NCBI GenBank assembly: GCA_945904955.1
Contig: CAMDPO010000011.1
Location: forward strand, 259-64,258
From: Rhizobium sp. Q54
Lineage (GTDB): Bacteria > Pseudomonadota > Alphaproteobacteria > UBA2966 > CAIVPW01
Direction: 5' to 3'
DNA: 64,000 nt
Shown here: piece after piece, positions 1 to 11,035 of the stretch
How the letters are laid out: every line of letters begins with the position of its first letter
How positions within the stretch are numbered: the stretch's first letter is position 1
Position numbers and translations under genes: made by a program
The notes under the pieces: generated by a model
Seen by the model: the letters and a program-made list of their open reading frames with translations, nothing else
Told to the model about the DNA's origin: nothing
The model's database searches: none

Positions 1-543
1 AACGCGTTCCCGCACTCGCGCCTCGGTGTGGTCACCGCCAGCAGTCAGCTGTTCCGCAGCATCGGTGGCACCGTTGGCGCCGCGCTGTTCGGCGGATTGC
101 TCAACGCCCGCATCGCGGATGGCCTAGCACCCCTCGCCAGCGACCCGTTCCTGCAGCGCGTGGGCACGTTAATTCCGGGCGCGGGGCAGGGGCCCCTCAA
201 TGCCAATGCCATCCAGGGAGTGCTGGGGCCGCGCGGTCAGGAGGCGATCAGTGCGGCGCTTGCGCGCCTCCCGGCCGACGTGCAGGCGCAAATCCTGCCG
301 CAGATGCAGCACTTCCTCACCGAGGTGCGCATCGTCATCAACGACGCCGTCGGCGACGTCTTCGTCGGCGGCGCGGTCCTGATGGCGCTCGCTACCGTGC
401 TGGCGTTCTTCCTGCCGCACGTCCCGATGCAGAAGTCCGAGACCTCGGCGACACGCTCCGGCAAGGAGCTCGAGGCCGAGCTCGGCCAGCTCGATGCCGA
501 ACGCGAGCCCGACCTCACCGGCACGGTCGCGCCAGCGCGCTAG
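1..543 (+). CDS. MFS-type transporter, C-terminal fragment (window-truncated 5' end)
   Basis: Reading frame is open from position 1. Hydrophobic TM segments plus a charged C-terminal tail, typical of drug-efflux MFS proteins. Confidence 0.45.
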   Translation, partial: NAFPHSRLGVVTASSQLFRSIGGTVGAALFGGLLNARIADGLAPLASDPFLQRVGTLIPGAGQGPLNANAIQGVLGPRGQEAISAALARLPADVQAQILPQMQHFLTEVRIVINDAVGDVFVGGAVLMALATVLAFFLPHVPMQKSETSATRSGKELEAELGQLDAEREPDLTGTVAPAR

Positions 544-1025
544 TCTTCGCGATAGCCGTAGAGCGGCTGGTTGCCGGTGGCGCCGTAATATTTGTACGGC
601 AGGAACTTGCCCGACAGGGTGATCTTGACCCGATCCCCTTTCGGATCGGGCTGGCGCTCCATCTGAAAGTCGAAGTCGATCGCCGACATGATGCCGTCGC
701 CGAACTCCTCCTGAATCAGCTCCTTCCACGTGGTGCCGTACACCAGTACGAGCTCGTAGAAGCGGTAGATGAGGGGATCGGTCGGCGGCATCGGGAACGA
801 ACCGCGGTACGGCGTCTCGTTGAGCAAGCGCTCCTCGGCAGTACTGAGCTCGAACAGTTTCGCTGCCGCGGCCGCTTGCGGCTTGGTCAGCTTCATCTGG
901 CCGAGCAACGCCGCCGTGATCAGGACGGGCGAGTGCCCGCCGATCTCGCTGGTGATGTGCTTCCAGGTCCAGCCGTTCTCGCGCTTGATGTCGAGAAGCT
1001 TCTCCGTCAGGTCCGTGCGCAGCAT
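540..1025 (-). CDS. cynS: cyanate hydratase (cyanase)
   Basis: 161-aa product has the conserved cyanase core (TAALLGQ...YRFYE..VYGTT.K.L..E.FGDGI.SAI.F). Length matches ~156-aa CynS. Confidence 0.85.
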   Translation of the reverse strand: MLRTDLTEKLLDIKRENGWTWKHITSEIGGHSPVLITAALLGQMKLTKPQAAAAAKLFELSTAEERLLNETPYRGSFPMPPTDPLIYRFYELVLVYGTTWKELIQEEFGDGIMSAIDFDFQMERQPDPKGDRVKITLSGKFLPYKYYGATGNQPLYGYRED

Positions 1026-1149
1026 GGGTGCTCTCCCTCATAGGTTGCGAGGAACGAGAGCAATTGAGGTGCCAGCCCGAGGGCAGGGCGCTGCGCGTCT
1101 TGACGACCGGCGCGGTTCGTTCGCGCCCAATCCGCGGGCAGCGTGCGCG

Positions 1150-1944
1150 CTAGTAGGGCAGCTCCGCGGGCGCAGGGCCAAGCTCGATCCACACCGGCGT
1201 GTGGTCCGACGCCTTCTCCCGGGCGCGCGGCTTCTTGTCGATGTCGGCGGCGACCAGCCGGTCGGCGAGGGCTGGCGACAGCAGGAAGTGGTCGATGCGC
1301 ATGCCTTCGCCCTTGCGGAACGAGCCGGCGCGATAGTCCCAGTAGCTGTAGGCGCGCGCCTCGTCCGGATGCAGGGCGCGGAACGCGTCCGTGAGCCCGA
1401 GGTATACCAGCTCGCGCCAGGCCGCCCGTGACTCCGGCCGGCACACGGCGTCCATCGCATTGGCGACCGGGTTGTAGACGTCGAAATCGGTTGGCGTGAC
1501 GTTGAAGTCGCCGCCCAGCACGAACGGCTCCTCGCTTTCCAGCAGCTCGCGCGCGTGGAGGGCAAGGCGCTTCATCCAGGCGAGCTTGTACGAGAACTTC
1601 GGCGTGTCGATCGGGTTGCCGTTCGGCAGGTAGATCGACGCGACGCGGATGCCGTTGGTCTCCGCCTCGATGTAGCGCGCGTGCTCGTCCGCGTCGTCGC
1701 CGGGCAGATCGCGGCGAATGTCGGCGATCGGGAACTTCGAGAGGATGGCGACGCCGTTGTAGGTCTTCTGGCCCAGCACCGCCGCGTTGTAGCCAAGGTC
1801 GCCGATCTCGAGCAGCGGGAAGTCCTCGTCCGTGGCCTTCAGCTCCTGCAGCAGCACGACGTCCGGATTGTTCTCGCGCAGGTACTCGACGACGTTGGGC
1901 AGCCGCGCCTTGATGGAGTTGACGTTCCAGGTGGCCAATCTCAT
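1150..1944 (-). CDS. xthA: exodeoxyribonuclease III
   Basis: N-terminus [15 protein letters not shown] and C-terminus SDHTPV are hallmark ExoIII/APE motifs. 264 aa. Confidence 0.85.
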   Translation of the reverse strand: MRLATWNVNSIKARLPNVVEYLRENNPDVVLLQELKATDEDFPLLEIGDLGYNAAVLGQKTYNGVAILSKFPIADIRRDLPGDDADEHARYIEAETNGIRVASIYLPNGNPIDTPKFSYKLAWMKRLALHARELLESEEPFVLGGDFNVTPTDFDVYNPVANAMDAVCRPESRAAWRELVYLGLTDAFRALHPDEARAYSYWDYRAGSFRKGEGMRIDHFLLSPALADRLVAADIDKKPRAREKASDHTPVWIELGPAPAELPY

Positions 1945-1954
1945 CCGAGAGTCC

Positions 1955-3148
1955 TCATGCCGCCACCGCTGGCTTGCGTTGGGTCATCAGCCACAGCGTC
2001 GCGGCCGCCGTCAGCACCACGAACGGCGCGACGATCAGGTTCAGTCCGCCCCAGCCGACCGCGGCGAGCAGCGGGCCCGAGACATACGTCGCCGCCGTCA
2101 CCGTGCCGAAGATGACGAAGTCGTTGGCCGCCTGCACGGTGGCCTTCTCGGCCGGCCGATACGTCGACGTGAGCAACGTGGTGCCGCCGACGTACAGGAA
2201 GTTCCACGCGAGCCCGAGCAGGAACAGGCCCGTCCAGAACTGCGAGACGTTGGTCCCCGACAGGTTCACCGCGATGCATCCGGCGAACAGCGCCGCTCCC
2301 GCCAAAAGAATCCGCGGTGCCCCGAAGCGCGCGATCAGGCTGCCGGTCACGAACGACGGCGCGAACATCGCCAGGATGTGCCACTGGATGACGAACGCCG
2401 CCGACTCGAACGAATGGTTGTGGCTCGCCATCGCCAGTGGCGTCACCGTCATCACGAACGCCATGCCGGCATATCCGACCAGCGCGGCGCCGAGGGCGAC
2501 CAGGAACGCGGGGTTGCGCGCAATGGTGCCAAGCGGGCGCCCCTCGGCGGTCCGCTCGGCCGCGGTCGGCTTCGGGATGCGGATCAGCTGCAGGATCAGG
2601 AGGGCGAGGATCGAAACCCCGATCAGCGCCGCGAACGAGCCGGCAAACTCGGCGTCGGGAATCAAATTGCGCGTGCGCTTGGCCATCTCCGGCCCGAGGA
2701 TCGCGGCGATGACGCCGCCGGCAAGCGTGAACGAAATGGCGCGGCTCTTCCACGAGTCGATCGAGCCGTCCACCGCGGCAAAGCGATAGAACTGCCCGAA
2801 GCCGCCATTGATGCCGCTCAACATGGCGCCGGCGCAGAACGTCCAGAACGAGCCCTGCAGGATGCCCCAGGTGGCGACCGCTGCGCCGGCAACGCCGAAG
2901 GCGGCACCCAGCGTGAACCCCGCCCGCCGTCCGACCCGCGCCATCAAGAGCGATGCCGGAAACAGCGTCAGCATCACCGCGAGCTGCTGCAGCGCCGTCG
3001 GCACCGTTGCCATGGCGGGATCGCCGGCCAGCGCGCTGCCGATCAGCGCCGCCGAGGCGATCATGGTGGACATGACGACGGTGAACAGCCCTTGCGCCAC
3101 CGCCAGCACAAGGACGTTGCGCTGCGAGGTGCGCAGGTCGAGCGTCAT
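1955..3148 (-). CDS. MFS transporter
   Basis: 397 aa, ~12 predicted TM helices, glycine-rich MFS-like loops. Confidence 0.65.
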   Translation of the reverse strand: MTLDLRTSQRNVLVLAVAQGLFTVVMSTMIASAALIGSALAGDPAMATVPTALQQLAVMLTLFPASLLMARVGRRAGFTLGAAFGVAGAAVATWGILQGSFWTFCAGAMLSGINGGFGQFYRFAAVDGSIDSWKSRAISFTLAGGVIAAILGPEMAKRTRNLIPDAEFAGSFAALIGVSILALLILQLIRIPKPTAAERTAEGRPLGTIARNPAFLVALGAALVGYAGMAFVMTVTPLAMASHNHSFESAAFVIQWHILAMFAPSFVTGSLIARFGAPRILLAGAALFAGCIAVNLSGTNVSQFWTGLFLLGLAWNFLYVGGTTLLTSTYRPAEKATVQAANDFVIFGTVTAATYVSGPLLAAVGWGGLNLIVAPFVVLTAAATLWLMTQRKPAVAA

Positions 3149-3208
3149 GGTGTGGTCATAGCCCCCGCGACCGCCGCGGGGAAGGGCCAGGGGCCCGGGC
3201 TCGCGACG

Positions 3209-3520
3209 CTAGATCGCGAAGCTCGATCCGCAGCTGCAGGACGAGGTCGCGTTCGGGTTGCCGATGGTGAACTGGCTGCCGATCATCTTCTCGACGAAGT
3301 CGATGCGCGAGCCCGCCAGGTACATCAGCGACATCGGGTCGATGGCGACGCGGGCGCCGTTCTGCTCGATGATCTCGTCGTCCTTGGCGATCTTGTCGTC
3401 GAGGCCGAAGCTGTACTGGAAGCCCGAACAGCCACCGCCCTTCACCTGAACGCGCAGGGCCGACTTGTCGGTGTCCTTGCTCATCAGGAAAGCGATCCGC
3501 TTGGCGGCGCTCTCGGTCAT
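3209..3520 (-). CDS. erpA: iron-sulfur cluster insertion protein (HesB/IscA/ErpA family)
   Basis: CSGFQY motif and C-terminal C-x-C-G-x-S-F Fe-S ligand motif. Start reassigned to internal ATG (MTESAAKR) to give a ~103-aa product. Confidence 0.8.
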   Translation of the reverse strand: MTESAAKRIAFLMSKDTDKSALRVQVKGGGCSGFQYSFGLDDKIAKDDEIIEQNGARVAIDPMSLMYLAGSRIDFVEKMIGSQFTIGNPNATSSCSCGSSFAI

Positions 3521-3706
3521 GCTGACGGGTGGTTCGCGGGTCGGGCGCATCGGTACTCCGGGGTCAGGGCCCGGTCGCAAACGATGCAAACCCCGGACCG
3601 GACGCTAGACCTTGAATGTAAGGTCGGCCCCGGCGCTGTCAATCCAGGGCCAAAAGTGGTGGGCTTTCCTTGCCCTGTGGGCGGGCGCGGACTAGGTTCC
3701 GCGCCA

Positions 3707-4909
3707 ATGTCCAGGCCGAGGATCGTGCAGAACGCGGCGGCTCCCTATGCGAGCCGGCCCGAGCAGAGTCGCGGCCGGCTCCATGCCGAGCCGCCGAGTT
3801 CGACCCGCACCGAGTTCCAGCGCGACCGCGATCGCATCATCCACGCGGCCGCCTTCCGCCGCTTGCAGCACAAGACTCAAGTCTTCATCTACAACGTCGG
3901 CGACCACTACCGGACGCGCCTGACGCACTCGCTGGAAGTCGCCCAGATCGCCCGCTCGGCGGCGCGCGCCCTCGGCCTTGACGAGGACCTGGCCGAAGCG
4001 GTGGCGCTCGCCCATGACCTCGGCCATCCGCCGTTCGGTCATGCTGGCGAGGACGCCCTCAACGGCGCCATGAAGGATTGGGGCGGGTTCGACCACAACG
4101 CCCAGGCCCTGCGCATCGTCACGCACCTGGAGCGCAAGTACGCGACCTTCGACGGCCTCAACCTCAGTTGGGAAGCTCTCGAAGGCATGGTGAAGCACAA
4201 CGGTCCGCTGCTCGGCCCCAACAGCCGCCACAAGCCACTCCCGGCGGCGCTCGCCGCCTACGCCGCGAGCCACGACCTCGAGCTTGCGACCTTTGCCGGG
4301 CCCGAGGCGCAGATCGCCGCGCTTGCCGACGACACGGCCTACATCAACCACGACCTCGACGACGGCGTGCGTGCCGAGCTGTTCGGCCTCGACGACTTGA
4401 AGGACGTGCCTCTGGTCGGCCCCATGCTGGCCGAGGTGACGCACCTCTATCCCGGCCTCGATGTCGCTCGTGCCATGCACGAAGCCGTACGCCGACTCAT
4501 CGACCGCATGATCGGTGACATCCTCGCCGAGACGACGCTGCGTGCCGCCGAGGCGCGGCCGCAGTCCGCCGCCGACGTGCGCGCCATGGATCGTCCGCTG
4601 GTCGCCTTCTCGGCGCCGATGGCGGCCGAGGTGAAGACCCTGCGCGGCTTCTTGTACGAGAACATGTATCGCCACAGCCGCGTCAGCCGTGACGCCGCCG
4701 AAGGTGCCACCGTTGTCGCCGAGCTGTTCCGGCGCTACATCGCCGACCCGGTGGCGCTGCCCGACGACTGGCGGCCCGACGCCAACGTGGGTGTGACCGA
4801 GCGTGCGCGACGAGTCGCCGACTTCATCGCCGGCATGACCGACCGCTTCGCCCTGTTCGAACACGAGCGTCTGTTCCACTCGCGCGGACGTCAGTTCGCA
4901 GTTAGATAA
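3707..4909 (+). CDS. dgt: dGTP triphosphohydrolase-like protein (HD domain)
   Basis: HD motif (HSLEVAQI...[10 protein letters not shown]) and 400-aa length. Start chosen at in-frame ATG (MSRPRIVQ) inside a longer spurious ORF. Confidence 0.8.
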   Translation: MSRPRIVQNAAAPYASRPEQSRGRLHAEPPSSTRTEFQRDRDRIIHAAAFRRLQHKTQVFIYNVGDHYRTRLTHSLEVAQIARSAARALGLDEDLAEAVALAHDLGHPPFGHAGEDALNGAMKDWGGFDHNAQALRIVTHLERKYATFDGLNLSWEALEGMVKHNGPLLGPNSRHKPLPAALAAYAASHDLELATFAGPEAQIAALADDTAYINHDLDDGVRAELFGLDDLKDVPLVGPMLAEVTHLYPGLDVARAMHEAVRRLIDRMIGDILAETTLRAAEARPQSAADVRAMDRPLVAFSAPMAAEVKTLRGFLYENMYRHSRVSRDAAEGATVVAELFRRYIADPVALPDDWRPDANVGVTERARRVADFIAGMTDRFALFEHERLFHSRGRQFAVR

Positions 4910-6664
4910 ATGAACTATTTCAGCCTATTACTCAGCCGTATTAAGACCGAGCTAGAGGCTCTCCAGGCGGCCGGAACGCTGCCCCCAGGCCTCGATTTCG
5001 CCGCCGTCGGCCTCGATCCGCCCAAGGATCCGAAGCACGGCGACGTCTCCACCAACGCCGCCATGGTCCTCGCCAAGCCTGCCGGCAAGTCGCCGCGCGA
5101 CATCGCCACGGCGCTGGTCGAACGGCTGAAGGCGTATCCCGACACCGAGGCCGCCGAGGTCGCCGGTCCGGGCTTCATCAACCTGCGCCTCAAGGCGCCG
5201 TTCTGGTACGCGCGCCTGGGCGAAGCGCTGCTGGCGGGTGACGCCTATGGGCGCTCTCAGTTCGGCGCACCCAAGGGTGCGATCAACGTCGAGTTCGTCT
5301 CGGCCAATCCGACCGGTCCGATGCACGTCGGCCACGCCCGCGGCGCCGTGTTCGGCGACGCCCTGGCGACGCTCCTGGAGTTCACCGGCCACGACGTGAC
5401 TCGCGAGTACTACATCAACGACGCCGGCGCCCAGGTCGAGGTGCTGGCCCGTTCCGCCTACCTGCGCTACCGCGAGGCGCTCGGCGACACGATCGAGATT
5501 CCCTCCGGCCTGTATCCCGGCGAGTACCTTAGGGATGTCGGCGAGGGCCTGGTCGCGCTCTACAAGAGTCGCTTCCACAACGCGCCCGACTCCGAATGGC
5601 TGGAGCCGTTCCGCGAGTTCGCCGTCGCCGAGATGATGGGCGAGATTCGCGACGACCTCGAGCTGCTCGGCGTGAAGCACGACGTCTTCGTTTCCGAGCG
5701 CGCCCTGGTGAAGGAGGGCAAGGTCGACGCCGCCCTTGGCGCACTCAAGGCCAAAGGCCTCATCTACGAAGGCGTGCTCGAGCCGCCCAAGGGCAAGGAG
5801 CCCGAGGACTGGGAGCCGCGCCAGCAGACCCTGTTCAAGTCGACCCAGTTCGGTGACGACATCGACCGCCCGGTGCAGAAGTCGGACGGCTCATGGACGT
5901 ATTTCGCCACCGACATCGCCTACCACGCCGACAAGATCCGGCGCGGCTTCGGCACCCTCATCGACGTGTGGGGCGCCGACCACGGCGGCTATGTGAAGCG
6001 CATGCAGGCGGCTGTGAAGGCCACGTCCGACGGCCGCGTCGGCCTCGACATCAAGCTCTGCCAGCTGGTCAAGCTGATGGAGCGCGGCGAGCCGGTGAAG
6101 ATGTCCAAGCGGGCAGGGACCTTCGTCACCCTCAAGGACGTGGTGGACCGCGTCGGCCGCGACGTCGTGCGGTTCATCATGCTGACGCGCCGCAACGACG
6201 CCCAGCTCGACTTCGACTACGCGGTGGTCACCGAAGAGTCGCGTGAGAACCCGGTGTTCTACGTGCAGTACGCGCACGCGCGCTGTCACTCGGTGCTGCG
6301 CAACGCGGCGAAGGAGATGCCCGGCGTCGATCTTTCTGCGTCGGCACTGGCCGGGGTCGAGCTTCCTCGCTTGACCCACCCGGACGAACTCGCTTTGATA
6401 AAAGTGCTCGCTAGCTGGCCGCGTTCGGTAGAATCCGCGGCCGAGGCACACGAACCGCATCGTGTCGCTTTTTGGCTGCGCGATCTTGCGGCGACGTTCC
6501 ACGCACTGTGGAGCCGCGGCAAGGAGGAGGAAGCACTGCGCTTTCTTGTCGATGGCGATCCGTCGTTGACCCTGGCCCGCATGGCACTCGTGCGCGGCTG
6601 CGCCCTTGGGCTTGCGGTTGGGCTACGCATCATGGGTGTCACCCCCCTCGAGGAGCTGCGCTGA
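4910..6664 (+). CDS. argS: arginine--tRNA ligase
   Basis: 584 aa. Class I HIGH-like motif ([12 protein letters not shown]) and KMSKR motif (VKMSKRAG). Confidence 0.9.
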   Translation: MNYFSLLLSRIKTELEALQAAGTLPPGLDFAAVGLDPPKDPKHGDVSTNAAMVLAKPAGKSPRDIATALVERLKAYPDTEAAEVAGPGFINLRLKAPFWYARLGEALLAGDAYGRSQFGAPKGAINVEFVSANPTGPMHVGHARGAVFGDALATLLEFTGHDVTREYYINDAGAQVEVLARSAYLRYREALGDTIEIPSGLYPGEYLRDVGEGLVALYKSRFHNAPDSEWLEPFREFAVAEMMGEIRDDLELLGVKHDVFVSERALVKEGKVDAALGALKAKGLIYEGVLEPPKGKEPEDWEPRQQTLFKSTQFGDDIDRPVQKSDGSWTYFATDIAYHADKIRRGFGTLIDVWGADHGGYVKRMQAAVKATSDGRVGLDIKLCQLVKLMERGEPVKMSKRAGTFVTLKDVVDRVGRDVVRFIMLTRRNDAQLDFDYAVVTEESRENPVFYVQYAHARCHSVLRNAAKEMPGVDLSASALAGVELPRLTHPDELALIKVLASWPRSVESAAEAHEPHRVAFWLRDLAATFHALWSRGKEEEALRFLVDGDPSLTLARMALVRGCALGLAVGLRIMGVTPLEELR

Positions 6665-7624
6665 ATGACTCCGCTCGCGCCCGTCCCCGTGCCCGCCGAC
6701 TTCGATCCGCCGCCCGAGTACCTGCGCCAAGGCCCGACACCCGTACCCACCCCGCCGCCCGAGGCGAGGAGCGGCATCGGCCGCATCACGACGGCGCTGC
6801 TCGCGGTAGTGACCCTCAGCGCCTTCGCCGGCGGCGTCTGGTTCGCCTACGACTTCGGCGTCAGCCGCGGCCTGGAATTGTCGCCGCCGCTGGTGCGCGC
6901 CGACACTTCGCCGACCAAGATGGTCCCCGTCGAGCCGGGCGGCATGGTGGTCGCCAATCAGGACAAGCGCGTCTTCGATACCATCGCTGCGTCCGCGCCG
7001 CAGGCACGCGTCGAGCAGCTGCTGCCGCCGCCCGAGATTCCGATGGCGACGCCGATGGCCGAGCCGCGCATCGTCGCCCCGCTCAATGCGATTCCGCCCA
7101 CCACCGTCGCAACGACGCCGGCCCAGACCGCGACAGCGGTGGCGATGGTCACTCCCATCCAGGACGCGCCGCCACCGGCCGCGCCCGCGCCGCGGGCCGA
7201 CGCGCCCAACGGCGTGCCGGTGCCGCCGCGCGCCGCCGTGCTCGAACCGATGCCCAACGACGGCCGTCCGCTCGCGCTGGTGCCGCCGACCACCGCAGCG
7301 CCTGCCGCTGCCGCGCCACCCGCTGCCGCCCCGCGCACCGCGACTCAGACGGCCGCCGTGACTCCGCCAGCCGCGACCGGCGCCGTCTACCGGGTCCAGC
7401 TCGGCTCCTACGGCGACGCCAAGGCCGCCCTGGATAACTGGGCGCTGCTCCAGCGCCGCAACGGCCCGACCCTCGCCGGTCTGACGCCGACCGTCACCGC
7501 CGCGACGGTGAACGGCCGCACGTTCCACCGCCTGCAGGCAGGCCCGCTCTCGTCCACCGCCGCCAACGAGCTGTGCACCCGCATCAAAGCCAACGGCACC
7601 GACTGCCTCGTCGTCCGCCCGTAG
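6665..7624 (+). CDS. SPOR domain-containing protein (Pro/Ala-rich linker)
   Basis: N-terminal TM segment, long P/A/T-rich low-complexity region, and a C-terminal ~75-aa SPOR-like fold (YRVQLGSY...FHRLQAGP). The argS-SPOR arrangement is conserved in alphaproteobacteria. Confidence 0.6.
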   Translation: MTPLAPVPVPADFDPPPEYLRQGPTPVPTPPPEARSGIGRITTALLAVVTLSAFAGGVWFAYDFGVSRGLELSPPLVRADTSPTKMVPVEPGGMVVANQDKRVFDTIAASAPQARVEQLLPPPEIPMATPMAEPRIVAPLNAIPPTTVATTPAQTATAVAMVTPIQDAPPPAAPAPRADAPNGVPVPPRAAVLEPMPNDGRPLALVPPTTAAPAAAAPPAAAPRTATQTAAVTPPAATGAVYRVQLGSYGDAKAALDNWALLQRRNGPTLAGLTPTVTAATVNGRTFHRLQAGPLSSTAANELCTRIKANGTDCLVVRP

Positions 7625-7629
7625 GGACG

Positions 7630-7668
7630 CCACGCGACTCCCTCATGCTGAGCTTGTCGAAGCATGAG
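7630..7668. repeat. palindromic REP-like element (family E, core CTGAGCTTGTCGAAGC)
   Basis: Hairpin ccctcatgctgagcttgtcgaagcatgagg. A second copy with the same core lies at 59325-59362. Confidence 0.6.
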
Positions 7669-7700
7669 GCTCATCAGCCTCACCGTTCGACCAGCGTCAG

Positions 7701-8567
7701 GTGAGGCTGCCCGCACTTCTCGTCGTGGGCCTGCTCGCCACGCTGCTTTCGGCCTGCTCCGGCGCGAACCTCATCGACGCGCTCACCCCGCGCAGCGGCT
7801 ACCGGCTCGTGTCCGACATCCCGTACGGCGAAGGTCCGCGTCGCACGCTCGACATCTACGTTCCGACGCGCCCGCTCACCGGCCCGGTCCCGGTCATCGT
7901 GTTCTTTTACGGCGGCCGCTGGGACTCCGGTTCCAAGGACGTCTACCGTTTCGTCGCCCAGGCATTCACGTCGCGTGGGTACGCCGTCGTCATCCCTGAC
8001 TATCGCCTCTACCCGGAGGTCCGCTTCCCGGAGTTCATCCGCGACTCCGCCGCCGCGGTCGCCTGGACTCACGCCCATGCCGCCGAGCACGTACCGAACG
8101 CCGGACCCCTGGTGCTCGCGGGGCATTCCGCCGGCGCTCACATCGCCGCGCTGCTGCACCTGCATCCGACGTGGCTCGCGGCCGACGTGCGCGACGCGAT
8201 CGCCGCGGCCGTCGGCATGTCAGGCCCCTATGACTTCCTGCCGATCACCGATCGGACCGCTCTCGAGGTGTTCGGCCCCGGCCCGGCCGGCCCCGACACC
8301 CAGCCGATCACCTTCGTCGACGGCAGCGCCGCGCCCATGCTGCTGATTCACGCCCGCAACGACACCACCGTCCGCCCGTACAACACGGAACACCTCGCGG
8401 CACGCATCCGCGAGGGTGGCGGCATCGCCGAAGAGCGCTACCATGACCGCCTCGCCCACGTCGGCGTGGTTGCCGCGCTGGCTGCGCCGCTCCGGACCCT
8501 CATCCCCATATTGGACGAGATCGACAGCTTCCTGCGCCGGCACACGGCCCCCAGCGCCCTGCGGTAA
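7701..8567 (+). CDS. alpha/beta hydrolase (esterase/lipase family) lipoprotein
   Basis: GTG start. Lipobox LSAC, oxyanion-hole FFYGGRW, nucleophile elbow GHSAGA. Confidence 0.7.
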   Translation: MRLPALLVVGLLATLLSACSGANLIDALTPRSGYRLVSDIPYGEGPRRTLDIYVPTRPLTGPVPVIVFFYGGRWDSGSKDVYRFVAQAFTSRGYAVVIPDYRLYPEVRFPEFIRDSAAAVAWTHAHAAEHVPNAGPLVLAGHSAGAHIAALLHLHPTWLAADVRDAIAAAVGMSGPYDFLPITDRTALEVFGPGPAGPDTQPITFVDGSAAPMLLIHARNDTTVRPYNTEHLAARIREGGGIAEERYHDRLAHVGVVAALAAPLRTLIPILDEIDSFLRRHTAPSALR

Positions 8568-8591
8568 GGCCCCGCCCCGAGGTAACGCACC

Positions 8592-9272
8592 ATGGATTTC
8601 CTACAAGCGCTCTCCGTCTGGGCGCTGCCCGTCCTGTTCGCCATCACGCTGCACGAGGCCGCGCACGGCTACGCCGCCCTGCGCTTCGGCGACGACACGG
8701 CTTTGCGTGCAGGGCGCATCTCGCTCAACCCGCTGCGTCACGTCGATCCCATCGGCACGGTGATCTTGCCCGGGATGCTGCTGCTGCTCTCGAACGGCGC
8801 CATCATGTTCGGGTTCGCCAAGCCGGTGCCGGTCGACTTCAGCCGCCTCAACAACCCCAAGCGCGACATGGTCTGGGTGGCGCTCGCCGGACCCGGTGCC
8901 AACCTGTTCATGGCCCTCGTCGCTGCCGTCGGCCTGCATCTGTCCGGGCTCATCGGCGGCGATACGGCGTCCGAGTGGGTCACCCGGAATCTGCAGAACG
9001 CCATTGTCATCAATGCGCTCCTGGCGGTCTTCAACATGATCCCGATCCCGCCGCTCGACGGGGGCAGGGTGGCCGTCGGCATCCTGCCGACCCGGGCGGC
9101 GATCGCGCTCTCGCGCGTTGAGCCGGTCGGCATCTTCATCGTGCTCGGCGTCCTGTTCCTGCTGCCCCAGGTCGGCCTCGACCCGTTTGGCGCGATCATT
9201 TGGCCGGGTGCCGAATCCCTGATAAGGTTCGTGGCACTCGTGACCGGCCATCGCATGGCCGACCTTGTCTGA
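8592..9272 (+). CDS. site-2 protease family zinc metallopeptidase (M50)
   Basis: HEAAHG zinc-binding motif in the first TM helix. Polytopic membrane protein, 226 aa. Confidence 0.7.
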   Translation: MDFLQALSVWALPVLFAITLHEAAHGYAALRFGDDTALRAGRISLNPLRHVDPIGTVILPGMLLLLSNGAIMFGFAKPVPVDFSRLNNPKRDMVWVALAGPGANLFMALVAAVGLHLSGLIGGDTASEWVTRNLQNAIVINALLAVFNMIPIPPLDGGRVAVGILPTRAAIALSRVEPVGIFIVLGVLFLLPQVGLDPFGAIIWPGAESLIRFVALVTGHRMADLV

Positions 9273-9312
9273 CAAGAATCGCTCGTAACCCTTTGGGACG
9301 CTGGCAATTTCC

Positions 9313-10116
9313 GTGAGCCGTGAGACTCCTGAGTCGGCTTCCAAGCTGACAGGCGTAGGGTCCGGGTATCCGAATCCCCTGGTCGTGGACCTCGAGGGCT
9401 ACGAAGGCGCGCTCGACGTCCTGCTGGCGCTCGCCCGCACCCAGAAGGTCGACCTCGCCAAGATCTCGATCCTGAAGCTGGCCGACCAGTACCTCGCGTT
9501 CATTACCGAGGCGCGCGAGCTGTCGCTGGAGATCGCCGCCGACTACCTGGTCATGGCGGCCTGGCTTGCGTACCTCAAGTCGCGCCTCCTGCTCCCCGAG
9601 CCCGAGGAAGACGACGAGTTGTCGGGGCCTGAGCTCGCCGCCAACCTCGCCTGGAAGCTGCAGCGCCTCGAATCCATGCGCGAAGCATCCGGCCGGCTGA
9701 TGCAGCGGGACCGCTTGGGTCGCGACGTCTTCCTGCGGGGCATGCCCGAGGGCATCCGCTCCATCCGGCATCCCAAGTGGGAATGCACGATGTTCGAGCT
9801 GCTCGAGGCGTACGCCGCCGTCTCGCGCCCTGCGTCACCGCACCCGCTGGTGGTTGGCCGCTTCGACCCGTACACCATTCGCGACGCCATCGAGCGCATC
9901 GGCCGCCTGCTCGGTGTCTCCGCCAACTGGGAGCGCATCGAGTCGTTTCTGCCCAGCGGCATGAGCGGCAGCGGCCTCGGCCAGAAGTCGGCGATGGCCT
10001 CGACCTTTGCCGCCACCCTGGAGTTGTCCAAACAGGGCCGTCTGCGCCTGCGCCAGGACCACGCTTTCGGCCCCATCCTCATCCGCGCCCAGAGACCGGA
10101 ATCCACGGAAACATGA
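9313..10116 (+). CDS. scpA: segregation and condensation protein A
   Basis: ScpA-like core (GALDVLLALARTQKVDL..I..L.DQYLAFI). Start codon uncertain (GTG). ATGA overlap with scpB. Confidence 0.75.
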   Translation: MSRETPESASKLTGVGSGYPNPLVVDLEGYEGALDVLLALARTQKVDLAKISILKLADQYLAFITEARELSLEIAADYLVMAAWLAYLKSRLLLPEPEEDDELSGPELAANLAWKLQRLESMREASGRLMQRDRLGRDVFLRGMPEGIRSIRHPKWECTMFELLEAYAAVSRPASPHPLVVGRFDPYTIRDAIERIGRLLGVSANWERIESFLPSGMSGSGLGQKSAMASTFAATLELSKQGRLRLRQDHAFGPILIRAQRPESTET

Positions 10117-10847
10117 ACGCGTCTCCCGAGCAGTCTGCTCCCGCCGAGACTCCTGCGACCACCACCGACGCTGCCCCGTCCGCCGACTCGGAGCTTGTCC
10201 GCATGGCCGAGGCGCTGCTGTTCGCCGCGTCCGAGCCGTTGGACGAGGAGAGCATTGCCGCGCGCTTGCCCGAGGGCGCCGACGTGCCCGCGCTGATCGC
10301 CGCGCTCGTCGCCACCTACGAGTCGCGCGGCGTCAACCTCGTCCAGGTCGCCGGCAAATGGCAGTTCCGCACGGCGGCCGACCTGCGCCACCTGCTTGAG
10401 CGCCACATCACCCAGGCGCGCCGCATGTCGCGCGCCGCCGTCGAGACGCTGGCGATCATCGCCTACCATCAGCCCGTGACCCGCGCTGACATCGAAGACA
10501 TCCGCGGCGTCTCGCTCAGCACCGGCTCTCTGGAAGTCCTGCTCGAAGCCGGTTGGGTCGTGCCCAAGGGCCGCCGCAAGACCCCGGGCCGCCCGGTCCT
10601 GTACGCCACGTCGGAGAGCTTCCTCGAGCACTTCGGCCTCGAATCCATGGGCGACCTGCCCGGCCTCGACGAGCTCAAGGCCGCCGGCATGCTCCAGCGC
10701 GAGCCGCCGGTTCCAACCGCCGCCGAGTCGGCTGCGGCGGACGGTGAGCACGACGACGACGGCGGGGAGGAGGGCGACGACGATGTCGACGCCGGCGACG
10801 AATCGCCCCAGCGCACCGACTCCGTCGTTCCCCTGAAGCCCCGCTAG
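10113..10847 (+). CDS. scpB: segregation and condensation protein B
   Basis: ScpB winged-helix motifs (AEALLFAASEPL..., ETLAIIAYHQPVTRADIE.IRGV) with an acidic C-terminal tail. ATG inside a longer ORF. Confidence 0.8.
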   Translation: MNASPEQSAPAETPATTTDAAPSADSELVRMAEALLFAASEPLDEESIAARLPEGADVPALIAALVATYESRGVNLVQVAGKWQFRTAADLRHLLERHITQARRMSRAAVETLAIIAYHQPVTRADIEDIRGVSLSTGSLEVLLEAGWVVPKGRRKTPGRPVLYATSESFLEHFGLESMGDLPGLDELKAAGMLQREPPVPTAAESAAADGEHDDDGGEEGDDDVDAGDESPQRTDSVVPLKPR

Positions 10848-11035
10848 ATCATAGAGTTACCGGACGATCCTCGGCCGGTACTTGATTCCCCCATCGGCCG
10901 GGCTTTGACCCGGCAGACGAGCCGAGCCTCGGGTTCGGGCGTCGCCTGCGCCTGCGCGTCCTCGCCGCGGTTGCAAAGCATTCGCAACTTCGCTAAAGCT
11001 TGTGCGAGTGATTATCAAGTACAGGTGAGCGACAC

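Noticed and set aside
1832-4909. 1025-aa ORF (and similar giant ORFs 37880-41074 +, 50286-53000 -, 22373-24904 -, 25429-27141 -, 28746-30698 -, 11994-13589 -)
   Set aside because: Arg/Ala/Gly-rich low-complexity translations antisense to or out of frame with well-supported genes. They are a typical stop-codon-poor artefact of ~68% GC DNA. Only the 3' part of 1832-4909 is real (dgt).
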